From positions 640,001 through 704,000 of the forward strand of contig OY760505.1 of NCBI GenBank assembly GCA_963663545.1: a DNA stretch of 64,000 bases, written 5' to 3'. Below the pieces are notes generated by a model that was given only the letters and a program-made list of their open reading frames with translations, made no database searches and was not told the DNA's origin. The translations under genes were made by a program, and so were the position numbers. Numbering within the stretch: the stretch's first letter is position 1; each line of letters opens with the position of its first letter. This DNA comes from Candidatus Delongbacteria bacterium (lineage in GTDB: Bacteria > CAIWAD01). Below are positions 63,661 through 64,000 of the stretch, one piece after another.

Positions 63661-64000
63661 TCACGCGTTCTCAAGCCACTGTTCAAGCTGCTCGGCGCTA
63701 TCCAGTGAAGTGCAATCGGCTTCTTTGTCGATACGCTTCAGCAAGCCACCGAGTACATTCCCGGGCCCAAGCTCGAGAAATGGCGCCAGACCATCGTGCA
63801 ACATGGCTTCCATCGATGGTTCCCAGCGCACAGTCTCGGTTAGCTGTCTGCCAAGAAGCTCGCGGAGTTGTACCACGTCGTCGCAGCGGGCTCCGGTGAC
63901 ATTGCAATACACGGGCGCGCTGCCTTGCTGGAAACTCGTGGACGCAAGTTTCTCAAGCAGACCCTGACGTGCACTCTCCATCAACGGGCTGTGGAAGGCG
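63661..64000 (-). CDS. fabD: Malonyl-CoA:ACP transacylase, 3' part (runs off the window edge)
   Basis: Window end reads AFHSPLM; also QLTETVRW and ELGPGNVL. Confidence 0.92.
   Translation of the reverse strand, partial: AFHSPLMESARQGLLEKLASTSFQQGSAPVYCNVTGARCDDVVQLRELLGRQLTETVRWEPSMEAMLHDGLAPFLELGPGNVLGGLLKRIDKEADCTSLDSAEQLEQWLENA

Overview
A GC-rich chromosomal segment, probably from an FCB-superphylum bacterium. This is inferred from T9SS type-A C-terminal domains, the Bacteroidota-like insert in AtpD, the N-terminally extended AtpB and the acpP-fabF-rnc order. 1-25.5 kb is an accessory cluster of secreted/surface proteins: a Ca-repeat T9SS substrate, four tandem ~780-aa paralogs with variable N-termini and a homogenised C-terminus, two modular beta-helix giants sharing a duplicated promoter and leader, and a CotH kinase. 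25.8-64 kb is mostly minus-strand core genes: mcsB/mcsA-like, lolD/lolC-E, lysS, frameshifted prfB, SpoIID, rpiB, a GH2-fold membrane protein, an Agl/Glt-like TPR-ExbB-ExbD-ExbD-TonB cluster, the full F1Fo atp operon, bactofilin/M23, hemolysin-like, yigZ, rnc, fabF-acpP-fabG-fabD. The most striking unexplained signal is a quasi-palindromic octamer GTGA[T/C/G]ACA (reverse complement TGT[A/G/C]TCAC). I counted about 65 copies by eye, on both strands, inside genes and in intergenic DNA, with signs of constraint at the DNA level. Other notable points are a shared non-T9SS C-terminal domain on six surface proteins and three apparently catalytically dead enzymes. No rRNA, tRNA, CRISPR array or intact mobile element was recognised.
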